64,000 bases of DNA from an uncultured delta proteobacterium (GTDB lineage: Bacteria > Desulfobacterota > Desulfobacteria > Desulfobacterales > SpSt-501): NCBI GenBank assembly GCA_963785045.1, contig CAWAUC010000004.1, positions 52,616-116,615 on the forward strand, read 5' to 3'. A program made the position numbers and the translations under genes. The notes under the pieces are model-generated. The model had not been told where the DNA came from and searched no databases. It saw only the letters and a list, made by a program, of their open reading frames with translations. Within the stretch, counting starts at the first letter, position 1. Every line of letters starts with the position of its first letter. Positions 10,431-19,338 of the stretch are shown here, in pieces.

Positions 10431-11399
10431 TCAGCCCCAACTCCAGACCGCGAAAAATATCCTGCCGGCAAGCCCCAAGGGCGGAACGTCGGAAGGGAGC
10501 AACCTATCCAGCGACAGCAGGGTGAGAACGAGGAAAGCGTAAACATTAAGCTGCACGAAGATGAATTTCAGATTGCCTTCGTGGCGGGGAGACAGCAAAA
10601 GCGTATAGGTCCGGCCGATGAGCCAAAAGGTGGCTGCCAGCAGAAATAGAAGAACCCCGGGAAGCCGCGGCCGGATGAACATGGGGATCAGCAGGCAGGC
10701 CACCCCGGTGGCCAGGATCCAAGCGAAGACAATCCCTTTCAGCTGCTCCGCTGTCAGCCGTTTGGCCAGACTCGGATAGCCGGCCCTCTCATAATCGCCG
10801 GCGAAGGCGATCAGAAGAAGAAAGAAATGGGGGACCTGCCAGAGAAAGAAGAAAGAGCCGAGGGCTCCCAGACGTGGATCGAAAAGGCTCCCCCCGGCCG
10901 CCACCCATCCCACGGCCGGAGGGATCGCCCCCACCAAGGCTCCCGGCAGCACCGCCCAGGCGAACCTGCGCTTCAGGTAGAGATAGACGCCGTTGTACCA
11001 CACCATGGCGAGGAGCCCGAGTCCGCATGCCATCCAGCCGGCAGACATAAGAAGGGCCGCCGAACCGGAGCCGGCGAGCAGCGCCGACACCCGCAGAGCC
11101 GTTGCGGGAGCCATCTTTCCGGCCGGCAGAGGCCGTCTCCTCGTCCGTTCCATTTTCGCGTCCGCCTTCCTCTCCTGATACTGGTTCAGCGCACAGGCGC
11201 CGCAGGAGAGAAGCAAAACCCCCAACGCCGGGTGGAACATTGCGCCCGAAACCCGTTCTCCGGCCAGGATAAAACCGGCACAGGCCGAAAGCGCGACAAA
11301 AAATGAAACCCTGAACTTGGTCAACTGCGCGACGATAGCCAGAAGGGAGAACACCCTCACGGCCTGCGAAGTCTCTCGTGCGCCTTGCTGCATGTCCAT
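10431..11399 (-). CDS. ctaB: Protoheme IX farnesyltransferase (heme O synthase, UbiA family)
   Basis: Polytopic membrane protein with NQYQERKADAKMERTRRRPLPAGK (CtaB/CyoE motif). Last gene of the oxidase cluster. Confidence 0.8.
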   Translation of the reverse strand: MDMQQGARETSQAVRVFSLLAIVAQLTKFRVSFFVALSACAGFILAGERVSGAMFHPALGVLLLSCGACALNQYQERKADAKMERTRRRPLPAGKMAPATALRVSALLAGSGSAALLMSAGWMACGLGLLAMVWYNGVYLYLKRRFAWAVLPGALVGAIPPAVGWVAAGGSLFDPRLGALGSFFFLWQVPHFFLLLIAFAGDYERAGYPSLAKRLTAEQLKGIVFAWILATGVACLLIPMFIRPRLPGVLLFLLAATFWLIGRTYTLLLSPRHEGNLKFIFVQLNVYAFLVLTLLSLDRLLPSDVPPLGLAGRIFFAVWSWG

Positions 11400-11478
11400 T
11401 TTTTGCCGTATAGTCCCTTCCGGCTTGGCTCTGCGAGTGCTTTGCCCTCAGCTGTGATCTGCTATTTTGAAATGGCTT

Positions 11479-12897
11479 CTATTGTTTGCCTATCGCAAAG
11501 CCGGGTTTTTTCCGGGTCGCCAGAAAGTCCAGCAGGTTTTCGGTTTCCGTGGTGGAAAGGATGCGGCCGAATACCGGCATGTTGTACGCGCCGTTCATGA
11601 TGCGCAGCGTCAGCTGGTCGCGGGTCAGCCGTTCGGCTATCCACGTCAGGTTAGGCCCCCTCTTTCCTCCATGGCCCTCTATGGTATGGCAGTAAAGGCA
11701 TGCCATCTTGTTGAAAACCATTGCCCCCTCATATACCGGGCCGGAAGAAGCCCCGATAACGTCCGCAGTCAGGGGAGAGGCATTGACGCGGGGTGACCAG
11801 TTCTCATGCCACCCGGCTACGGTCAGAGCGGCAATTCCCGAGAAGATGCATACCACGGCAGCCACTGCCAGAGGTCTTCGCGCCGGGTGACGCTCGCCGC
11901 GGTTGCTCACCAGCGGGACCGATAAGAGGACCAGACCGATCAGCAAGGGCGTCAAGACCATGAAATAGTTCTCGAGAGCGTGCGGCAGCAGGGCAAGCAG
12001 GGCGAAAAGCCACCAGAAATACCAGTCCGGGCGGGGGTGCGCGTTAATCAGCGAAGGATCGGGCGGATTGTCGAGCGCGGGCGGACCGACCACCCAGGCC
12101 AGCAGCAGCACAACCAGAACCACGCCGAGAGCGAACGTGAAATCGCGCAACACGACCGTCGGCCAGAAAGGGACGCCTTCCTTCCGCAGCATGTCATGAT
12201 ACTCCGAACGGTACGTCGCGGGATCCACCCCGCGGCCCGGCACGGGAGGCTCGGATACGCCGTTGCGCAGCACCAGGTACACGTGCAGGCCAATCAGGGA
12301 CGCAAGCAGGATCGGTAAAATCATGACATGCATGTCGAATATGCGGCTCAGGGTGTAGGTCCCCACCACATCCCCGCCTAATATGAAGTGAGCAAGCCAC
12401 GTGCCGATCAGCGGAACGTGTCCGGCCATCTTTGCGGCTACCACCATCCCGAATACGGCGTTCTGGTCCCAGCGCACGATCTGACCGCAGTACGCCGTCA
12501 CCAGCGTGGTCGCCATCAGCAATACGCCGCTCGTCCAGTTCAATTCCCGCGGAAACTTGAAGCTCCCCATCAGGAATACCCTGAGGAAGTGAATGATGAG
12601 CAAGGTGACCATCATCGACGCTCCCCAGTAATGCATGCCTCTCAGCAAAGCGCCGAGCGGCGCCTTGTCGGTGATATACTGCAGGCTTTCAAAGGCGCCG
12701 CCCGCCGAGGGGACATAGGTCGTCAGCAGGCCGATGCCGGTGGCAACCTGCATGATGAAAGCCGTCAGGACCGCGCTGCCGAAGACATACTTCCATTTAA
12801 CACCGGGCGCGGCCGGATGAGCGGCAATCGTTTCAATCGGTTTGACAAGGCCGGTTCGATCGTCCAGCCATTGCAAGAGCTTGTTCTGCTGTTTCAT
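11479..12897 (-). CDS. Cytochrome bc-complex cytochrome b (b6-like plus subunit-IV-like) fused to a C-terminal mono-heme cytochrome c domain
   Basis: Start re-placed at MKQQNKLLQWLDDRTG (ATG 12895-12897). HYWGASMMV and HFLRVFL heme-b ligand helices. C-terminal CLYCHTIEGHGG (CXXCH). Confidence 0.8.
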   Translation of the reverse strand: MKQQNKLLQWLDDRTGLVKPIETIAAHPAAPGVKWKYVFGSAVLTAFIMQVATGIGLLTTYVPSAGGAFESLQYITDKAPLGALLRGMHYWGASMMVTLLIIHFLRVFLMGSFKFPRELNWTSGVLLMATTLVTAYCGQIVRWDQNAVFGMVVAAKMAGHVPLIGTWLAHFILGGDVVGTYTLSRIFDMHVMILPILLASLIGLHVYLVLRNGVSEPPVPGRGVDPATYRSEYHDMLRKEGVPFWPTVVLRDFTFALGVVLVVLLLAWVVGPPALDNPPDPSLINAHPRPDWYFWWLFALLALLPHALENYFMVLTPLLIGLVLLSVPLVSNRGERHPARRPLAVAAVVCIFSGIAALTVAGWHENWSPRVNASPLTADVIGASSGPVYEGAMVFNKMACLYCHTIEGHGGKRGPNLTWIAERLTRDQLTLRIMNGAYNMPVFGRILSTTETENLLDFLATRKKPGFAIGKQ

Positions 12898-12901
12898 CCC
12901 C

Positions 12902-13441
12902 TTACTCTCTCTTCCTGTTTTCTGTGATGGGGATGGGACGGCTCTCCAGTTCGACCTGCCCGCCGCGCACTCTGACCTGGAAACGCTGCAGCGGAAAGGG
13001 AGCGGGGCCGGCCGCGACAATCCCGTCCTCATAATAAACGCTGCCGTGGCAGGGACAGATAAACAGTTTGGAAGAGGCCTCCCAGCGCACCGGGCAGCCG
13101 AGGTGGGAGCAATTGAGCACAAAGGCGATGAAGTTGCTATCCCCGACCCTGCGCACCCAGGCTCCGGTCTTTCCCGACACACCCGCCCAGGGCCTTGCCG
13201 ACGGGTTTTCAAAGGAGACCAGGACCGTATCGCCGACAGTGAACCGGTCTACCGCCCCCACGGATACCCACTGACGATGCATCTTGCGGGATACCGGTAA
13301 CAGAATGTAACTGATTACCGGCAGCCCCGCCATGATCGCGATCAGAGAGCCGATGGCCACGCCGAGCCCAGCCAGGAAACGGCGCCTGCCCGGGTCTTCT
13401 TTGCCGGATCGGCCGGCCCTATTGTTCTCATCGTTCTTCAC
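12902..13441 (-). CDS. Rieske [2Fe-2S] iron-sulfur protein of the bc complex, Tat signal
   Basis: RRRFLAGLGV twin-arginine motif. CSHLGCPV and CPCHGS cluster-binding boxes. Confidence 0.85.
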   Translation of the reverse strand: MKNDENNRAGRSGKEDPGRRRFLAGLGVAIGSLIAIMAGLPVISYILLPVSRKMHRQWVSVGAVDRFTVGDTVLVSFENPSARPWAGVSGKTGAWVRRVGDSNFIAFVLNCSHLGCPVRWEASSKLFICPCHGSVYYEDGIVAAGPAPFPLQRFQVRVRGGQVELESRPIPITENRKRE

Positions 13442-13685
13442 TGGAGAGCTCTCCTACCCACTTTATGATGGCGAGAATGAAAAGTACTATTCCCGTAGCA
13501 GTTATAATGTTTGATGTCAGGACCCCGAGTCCCATGAGCGTTGCTCCTAAAGAAAGAACGAAGGGCCAATATGTGGCCGGGGGTATGCTTGCGGGCTTTG
13601 GAATGTTCCAGCCGGCTGAATTTTCCTTTTCGTTCTCTTGGGAAAAATCCGCGGGGCCGGCCGGATTATCACCGTAGTTTTGCAT
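13428..13685 (-). CDS. Small two-TM membrane protein (85 aa) embedded in the oxidase/bc cluster; possible uncharacterised oxidase small subunit
   Basis: MQNYGDNPAGPADFSQENEKENSAGWNIPKPASIPPATYWPFVLSLGATLMGLGVLTSNIITATGIVLFILAIIKWV. Position lies between ctaG and the Rieske gene. Confidence 0.4.
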   Translation of the reverse strand: MQNYGDNPAGPADFSQENEKENSAGWNIPKPASIPPATYWPFVLSLGATLMGLGVLTSNIITATGIVLFILAIIKWVGELSSEER

Positions 13686-14496
13686 CTCCGAATCCTTTCT
13701 CTGCTGTTTCCCATTCTTCAGGGTTACGGTAAAGCCGGCAGATGACGGCCAGCAGCGACGCGAAATACAGCAGGCCGCCGATGATCCACATGAACATGCC
13801 GCCCAGATTGAGGTCCGACTGGGGGTCCAGTTTCCAGATCGTGCGGATAAGCCGGAAGATTCCGGTGCCGTCGGAGGAGCGCATGTACGTGGGGTAATAT
13901 CCCAGGGGTGAAAAGGTCAACAATACCCCCAGGATCAAATTGGCCGACATGGCGATAAATATATAAACCGCCCCGATGAGGGGTGAAAGCCGGTGCGACT
14001 GCAAAGGGGTGAAGATGGGCCAAAAGAATATCGTTCCCGTGAGCAGTAAGCTCAGATGCTCCACGGCGTGGATACCTTCGTTGTTCAGCGCCGCGTTATA
14101 GAACACGGGCAGGTGCCAGAACCACATGGTCCCCACTGACAGCAGCCAGGCTACGACCGGCCTGCGGAGCAATCGCTCGGCCTTTGCCGCGACTCCGAAG
14201 GACAAAATTGCCTGGACCGGGGCCGGCGGGAGGCCGAGCAGGAGAAGTGGAGGTACGGCCAGATAGAGCAAGAGATGCTCCATCATGTGGGCGCTGAAGA
14301 GGTAATTGTCGCCGAGAAAATCGAGCGGCCCGATCAGCGTCAGCAGCATGAGCAGCACGCCTGAGCTGAAGAGCGCTGTTTTGCGGTTCATGCGCAAGCG
14401 GACGACCCATAGATACACTAAAAAGAGCACTGCGGATCCGAAGATCACCGTGGGCTCGAAATCCCACGCCTCCCAAAAAAGTTGTTCGTTGGTCAT
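13669..14496 (-). CDS. ctaG: Caa3-type cytochrome c oxidase assembly factor CtaG-like membrane protein
   Basis: About 275-aa polytopic protein with HMMEH and WHLP motifs. Start set at MTNEQLFWEA, immediately after the ctaE stop. Confidence 0.55.
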   Translation of the reverse strand: MTNEQLFWEAWDFEPTVIFGSAVLFLVYLWVVRLRMNRKTALFSSGVLLMLLTLIGPLDFLGDNYLFSAHMMEHLLLYLAVPPLLLLGLPPAPVQAILSFGVAAKAERLLRRPVVAWLLSVGTMWFWHLPVFYNAALNNEGIHAVEHLSLLLTGTIFFWPIFTPLQSHRLSPLIGAVYIFIAMSANLILGVLLTFSPLGYYPTYMRSSDGTGIFRLIRTIWKLDPQSDLNLGGMFMWIIGGLLYFASLLAVICRLYRNPEEWETAEKGFGDAKLR

Positions 14497-15041
14497 CGCA
14501 GCACCCACAGGTAGACGACGGGAAAGATGATCATCCATACCGCGTCGACGAAGTGCCAGTAAATCGAAACGCTTTCCACGGCCTGAGAGGGGCCCGTAAC
14601 TGCCCGGTTCAGTTCAAGGCCGAAAAGGGTCCCCAGCAGGATAAGCCCGATAAACACATGGAGACCGTGAAAGCCCGTAAGGGTAAAAAAGGTCGTGCCG
14701 AACAGGTCCCGGCTGATGGTCACGTCTTCTCGGATGAGGGAGACGTACTCGCTGCCCTGCCCCGCTAAAAAAGCCGCTCCCAACGCAATGGTAACCAGAA
14801 GCCATGCAAGCGCCGCCCGGCGTCTTCCGGTCCCGAAATGAATGCCGCTTAGCCACATGGTACAGCTACTGCTGATGAGGCATGCGGTGAACACGGCGGT
14901 TCTCGGGATGTCCAGGTAACGGAACGCGTCCGCCGCGCTGGGCGTGGTCGCGTGATAGACTACGTAAGCGATGATTAGCAGTATAAAGAAAACCGCTTCT
15001 GATGCCACAAAAAGCAGCATTGCCAGTCTGATCTTGTTCAT
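14493..15041 (-). CDS. ctaE: Cytochrome c oxidase subunit III
   Basis: 182 aa with FFTLTGFHGLHVFIGL and YWHFVDAVW. Confidence 0.85.
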   Translation of the reverse strand: MNKIRLAMLLFVASEAVFFILLIIAYVVYHATTPSAADAFRYLDIPRTAVFTACLISSSCTMWLSGIHFGTGRRRAALAWLLVTIALGAAFLAGQGSEYVSLIREDVTISRDLFGTTFFTLTGFHGLHVFIGLILLGTLFGLELNRAVTGPSQAVESVSIYWHFVDAVWMIIFPVVYLWVLR

Positions 15042-16735
15042 GCGCTATCCCCCCTCTGAGAAGGCGGCGCTGCAGCGCCCGGCTGCTTTTCGGATCGCTC
15101 CAGATCCCATAAAGGCCTGATGCTGCGAACAGGCGGAATCCGGTCGAAATTGTGCGGCGGAGGCGGAGAGGATGTGGCCCATTCCAGGGTCCATCCACCC
15201 CAGGGGTTGTCCTCGGCCGGTTTCCCTTTGAAAAGGCTGACGACCAGATTAGCGAAAAAAACCAGGATTCCCAGCCCAAGAGCGTAAGAAAAGAGAGAGG
15301 ATATCAGGTTGATGGTTGCAAGATGCGGCAGATCGGCGTACGTAAAGACCCTGCGCGGCATGCCGGCGAGCCCGGCGAAGTGAAGAATGAAAAAAGTGCC
15401 GTTGAAGCCGATTACCATGAGCCAGAACTGGAGTTTTCCCAGTCTTTCCGAAAGCATGCGCCCGGTGACTTTCGGGTACCAGTAATAAAACCCCGCCATA
15501 ATGGTAAAGACAGTGCCGCCCAGCAGCGTGTAGTGAAAATGGGCCACCACGAAATAGGTGTGGGTAAGCGCCCAGTCGATGGGCACGGTGGCGAAGACCA
15601 CGCCGGTCAGCCCGCCGATCGTGAACTGTATGATAAAGGCAACGGCGAACAGCATGGCCGTATCGAAGCTGATCGAGCCGCCCCACATGGTGGCGATCCA
15701 GTTGAAAATCTTGATCCCGGTGGGGACGGCGATCAGCATGGTTGCCAGGGCGAAGACATAATAGACCGTAAAGTTCATTCCCGTAGCGAACATGTGATGC
15801 GCCCAGACGCCGAAGCTGAGGAAACCGATCGCCACGGTGGAAACGGCCAGGAAGGCGTAGCCGAAGATCGGCTTGCGGGAGAAAACCGGGATCACCTCCG
15901 ATATGATCCCGAAGCCGGGCAGGATCAGAATATAAACCTCGGGATGGCCAAAAAACCAGAAATAATGCTGCCACAGCAGGGGCTTGCCCCCGCCCGCGGG
16001 ATTGAAAAAGAGGGCGTTCAGATGCCGGTCGAAGAACAGCATCACCAGCGCCGTGTTCAGTGCGGGCAGGGCCAGGAGCATGAGAACGGCGTTGACCGCC
16101 GACATCCATACGAACAACGGCACCCGGGACAGTTTCATGTCAGGGGCGCGCAGGGTGGCAACGGTGACGAGAATGTTGATTGAGCCCATGATCGTCCCTG
16201 CCCCGGTCAGGAGGAGGCCGACGATCCAATAGTCCACGCCGGTGCCGATCATGTGCTTGCTCATCGTATAGTTGGGTTCTGTAAGCGGAGCATAAGCGGA
16301 CCAGCCCACGTTGAGCGTGCCGCCCGTAAAAAAGCTGAAATAGATAAGGAGTCCGCCCATCAGATACAGCCAGTAGCTGAGCGCGTTCATCCTCGGGAAC
16401 GCGACGTCGCGGGCCCCGATCATCAGGGGAGTGAAATAGATCATGAATCCGATGAGCATGGGCATGACCGCGAGAAATATCATCGTGGTGCCGTGCATCG
16501 TGAAGACCTGGTTGTAGGTCTGGGGTGACAGCCACTCGTGGTTCGGTCTGATAAGCTGGGTGCGCATGATCATCGCCAGGGACACCGCCGCCAGGAAGAA
16601 CGTCAGCGATGTTATGAAATACATGATGCCAATCTGCTTGTGGTCCACGGAAGAGAGCCAACTCAGCAGTCCTCTATATTCCCTCATGTCAAAAACGGTC
16701 CCGGCTTTTTCAGGAGCAGCGGACTCACCGTTCAT
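15038..16735 (-). CDS. ctaD: Cytochrome c oxidase subunit I (heme-copper oxidase catalytic subunit)
   Basis: Start at MNGESAAP (ATG 16733-16735), overlapping the ctaC stop as ATGA. WFFGHPEVYILILPGFG and HHMF motifs. The annotated 709-aa ORF has a spurious N-terminal extension. Confidence 0.9.
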   Translation of the reverse strand: MNGESAAPEKAGTVFDMREYRGLLSWLSSVDHKQIGIMYFITSLTFFLAAVSLAMIMRTQLIRPNHEWLSPQTYNQVFTMHGTTMIFLAVMPMLIGFMIYFTPLMIGARDVAFPRMNALSYWLYLMGGLLIYFSFFTGGTLNVGWSAYAPLTEPNYTMSKHMIGTGVDYWIVGLLLTGAGTIMGSINILVTVATLRAPDMKLSRVPLFVWMSAVNAVLMLLALPALNTALVMLFFDRHLNALFFNPAGGGKPLLWQHYFWFFGHPEVYILILPGFGIISEVIPVFSRKPIFGYAFLAVSTVAIGFLSFGVWAHHMFATGMNFTVYYVFALATMLIAVPTGIKIFNWIATMWGGSISFDTAMLFAVAFIIQFTIGGLTGVVFATVPIDWALTHTYFVVAHFHYTLLGGTVFTIMAGFYYWYPKVTGRMLSERLGKLQFWLMVIGFNGTFFILHFAGLAGMPRRVFTYADLPHLATINLISSLFSYALGLGILVFFANLVVSLFKGKPAEDNPWGGWTLEWATSSPPPPHNFDRIPPVRSIRPLWDLERSEKQPGAAAPPSQRGDSA

Positions 16736-17661
16736 TTCAAACCTCCGAGATAGGCAACAAGATACCTGATCTGGTCGTCGGAAAGGCCGAGGTCGGGCAT
16801 GTTGCAGTCCTTTACGGCCTGGGGATCCTTGAGCCACCTGGACAGGTTCTCCGGCGTGTTGGGAAGCGTACCCGCAGCCAGGGTTTCCCGGCTTGCCACG
16901 TGTGTCAAATCGGGAGCGACACGGCCTTTGGTCATAAGTCCGGCAATGGAGTGGCAGTTGACGCAGTTTTTTTGTCTGAAGATGCCAACGCCTGTGTCTG
17001 CGGCAGCCGTGGAGGGTGGCGAAGCGGGCCGTTGCTGGCTCCTGATCCACACATTGAATTCCTCGGGAGTCTGCGCAATGACCCGGATCCTCATCATCCC
17101 ATGCCCCATGCCGCAGAACGAATTGCAGGCGCCCAGGTAGACCCCCGGCCGCTCGAGGGTCAGCCACAGGTGGTTAGGGTGGCCTGGAATCATATCGATC
17201 TTCTGTCCCATCGACGGGACCCAGAAGCTATGGATGACGTCTCCGGATTCGAGCCGGATAAGCAGGCGTCTGTCTAAGGGTAAATGGATCTCGTTGGCCG
17301 CCGTTGCTCCCGGTTGAGGATAGTGCAGCTCCCACCACCACTGGTGCGCTGTTACGGTCAGGTCGGGCTGATAGCCGAGCGCCGGCGGATTCACCTGAGA
17401 CATGATCCTGACAGCGACGATAAAGAGCCCGATGACGATGAGAAGGGGAATGGATATCCAGAGGACTTCCAGCCGGACGTTCTCGCTGAACTGCTTCGGC
17501 TCCCGTCCTTTCCGTCGGCGGAATCTGATCAAGGCGTACACCACCAGCCCTGCGACAATAACAAAGATAACGGCGGCGACGCCGAGCACAATATAAAAGG
17601 AGCTCAGAATATCGGAGGCTTCCTTGGTCGCCGGTTGCAAAACTGATGTAAAAGTATCCAT
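16732..17661 (-). CDS. ctaC: Cytochrome c oxidase subunit II with fused C-terminal cytochrome c domain (caa3-type)
   Basis: CuA site HSFWVPSMGQK...CNSFCGMGHGMM. C-terminal CVNCHS heme-c motif. Confidence 0.85.
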   Translation of the reverse strand: MDTFTSVLQPATKEASDILSSFYIVLGVAAVIFVIVAGLVVYALIRFRRRKGREPKQFSENVRLEVLWISIPLLIVIGLFIVAVRIMSQVNPPALGYQPDLTVTAHQWWWELHYPQPGATAANEIHLPLDRRLLIRLESGDVIHSFWVPSMGQKIDMIPGHPNHLWLTLERPGVYLGACNSFCGMGHGMMRIRVIAQTPEEFNVWIRSQQRPASPPSTAAADTGVGIFRQKNCVNCHSIAGLMTKGRVAPDLTHVASRETLAAGTLPNTPENLSRWLKDPQAVKDCNMPDLGLSDDQIRYLVAYLGGLK

Positions 17662-18083
17662 TTTTTATCGCTTCTTATACAGGTGATAAGGTTCGGATAT
17701 ACTTATCCCGAAGAATCATTTCTTAATTGAGAGCGGCATGCGAACAAGCCCGGCCGGCTTGAGAGGGCCAGGCAGGATTATTTCATTCGAGTTCAGGGCG
17801 AGACTGGCGGCAGCGAAAATCGAAGAGATCGAAGTAGCGGGCCCTCGACTCCTCCGGGGAAGCCTTCATCCGGTTCGACGGCGTGTTTTGCATCGGCAGC
17901 TCGGTCGTAGGAACCCGCGTTCCGGGAATTAGGAGCTTGCGTTCCTCCGCCGACGGCAGATCGGCAACGTGGGCAGTCTGCTCTGCTGCTTTTTCCTCTG
18001 CCGCGTTGCGCAACCGCTTAGAGGAATCTGGAATCTGCCGGCCACTGGCCATGACCGCATTCCTTCCCGAGTTCGGTTTTCTA

Positions 18084-18422
18084 CTACACGTCCGGTTTGC
18101 TCTGCAATACATACAATCCTGTATATAAGCAAACACTTTCTAAGCCGTCGGGCAACGGATCCGGCCGATAGGTGCTGATCCAGGTCACAGTCCCGTGGGC
18201 TGCCACAATTAGGCCGGACACCATCCACATCGCCGCTTCGATGCGGGCCGAATGGCACCATTCCGGCAAGCAGGCTGCCTTTCGGTTGGAGGATCGGTAG
18301 CGGCGCCCAAACGACAGGGCCATGACGATCACCGGGATGACGACGACCCGTATCAGCCCGAATGCCACAAATACGGCATCGGCCCTATAGCCGAATCCGC
18401 CGCGAGTCGTTATTATATCCAT
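18084..18422 (-). CDS. Hypothetical small membrane protein (about 113 aa)
   Basis: MDIITTRGGFGYRADAVFVAFGLIRVVVIPVIVMALSF... with 2-3 predicted TM helices. A longer upstream ORF would overlap the lapA-like gene, so the internal start was chosen. Confidence 0.25.
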   Translation of the reverse strand: MDIITTRGGFGYRADAVFVAFGLIRVVVIPVIVMALSFGRRYRSSNRKAACLPEWCHSARIEAAMWMVSGLIVAAHGTVTWISTYRPDPLPDGLESVCLYTGLYVLQSKPDV

Positions 18423-18552
18423 AGAAAAGACGCCGGTCGCTCCCGGATCCAGACCATCTGCGGCTGCAGGGGGTTGTGTGGCGGCCGGCGCGTGTTCGGC
18501 GAGATGTCCGGGCAGGCAACGGCGCCCGGCAGAAACTAAGGGAGAAGAGCCC

Positions 18553-18834
18553 ATGATGTACATTTCGATCATCGTCAGTTTCCTGATCCTTCTTTGCCTG
18601 GTCATTGTCGGCACACAGAACACCATGCCCCTGCAGATCCAGTTTGCGTGGTGGAATGTGGAAATGTCGCTTTCCGCCGCACTCGCGTGGGCGGCGGCGG
18701 CCGGAGCGGTCGTGGCAGCTCTCGTGAGCCTTCCCAGGCTGTCGGTGAAAACCTTCCAGGCCAGACGACTTCGCAAGGAAGTGCGGCGACTCGAAGATCT
18801 CTGCAGATGTTCGGGACCGGGGAAGGTCTCCTGA
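18553..18834 (+). CDS. LapA-family (DUF1049, YciS-like) inner-membrane protein
   Basis: MMYISIIVSFLILLCLVIVGTQNTMPLQIQFAWWNVEMSLSAALAWAAAAG... Two TM helices plus a basic/coiled tail. RBS GGGAGAAG upstream. Confidence 0.5.
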   Translation: MMYISIIVSFLILLCLVIVGTQNTMPLQIQFAWWNVEMSLSAALAWAAAAGAVVAALVSLPRLSVKTFQARRLRKEVRRLEDLCRCSGPGKVS

Positions 18835-19338
18835 CCTTACCAGTCACGTCCCAGACTCTCGGATCGGCCCGGGAAACTTTGTGTATTTTTTTGCAAGCCG
18901 ATCAACGCACGGCTTCGAAGAAAACCCATGCGCACCGATTCTGGAACCGAACTCCAAAAATCCTTCCAGAGAAACGCGGGACCCATTACCCTATACACAT
19001 TCCGTTTGCAGGCAAAGTGGGTGTATGCATGGAGCCTATCACCCGGCACCGCGTCCGCCCCTGACCGTCCGGCTAACGGTCGGCGGATTGGCTGTCATCC
19101 TGGCCTGGAAGTACATCACGCTTGACCATTTTCTCGTGGTATTGATCGAACCCATTGACGGTTTCTACAACCTGAAGATAGATTGCGTCATCGGATCGAT
19201 TTTTTCTATTCGCCGCCTTAAAGACGACCTGTTGGCGTGATGCGAACCGCTCTGAACACACCGTGCCCATTATACAAACCAAATGGAGGCCTCCTGGTGA
19301 AGAGAAGAACAGGAAACCGAGCTGCGGGACGCAACGGC

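Noticed and set aside
15152-16183. Large alternative-frame ORFs inside ctaD (also 15249..16109 and 16140..16661)
   Set aside because: They overlap a strongly conserved oxidase subunit I coding frame.
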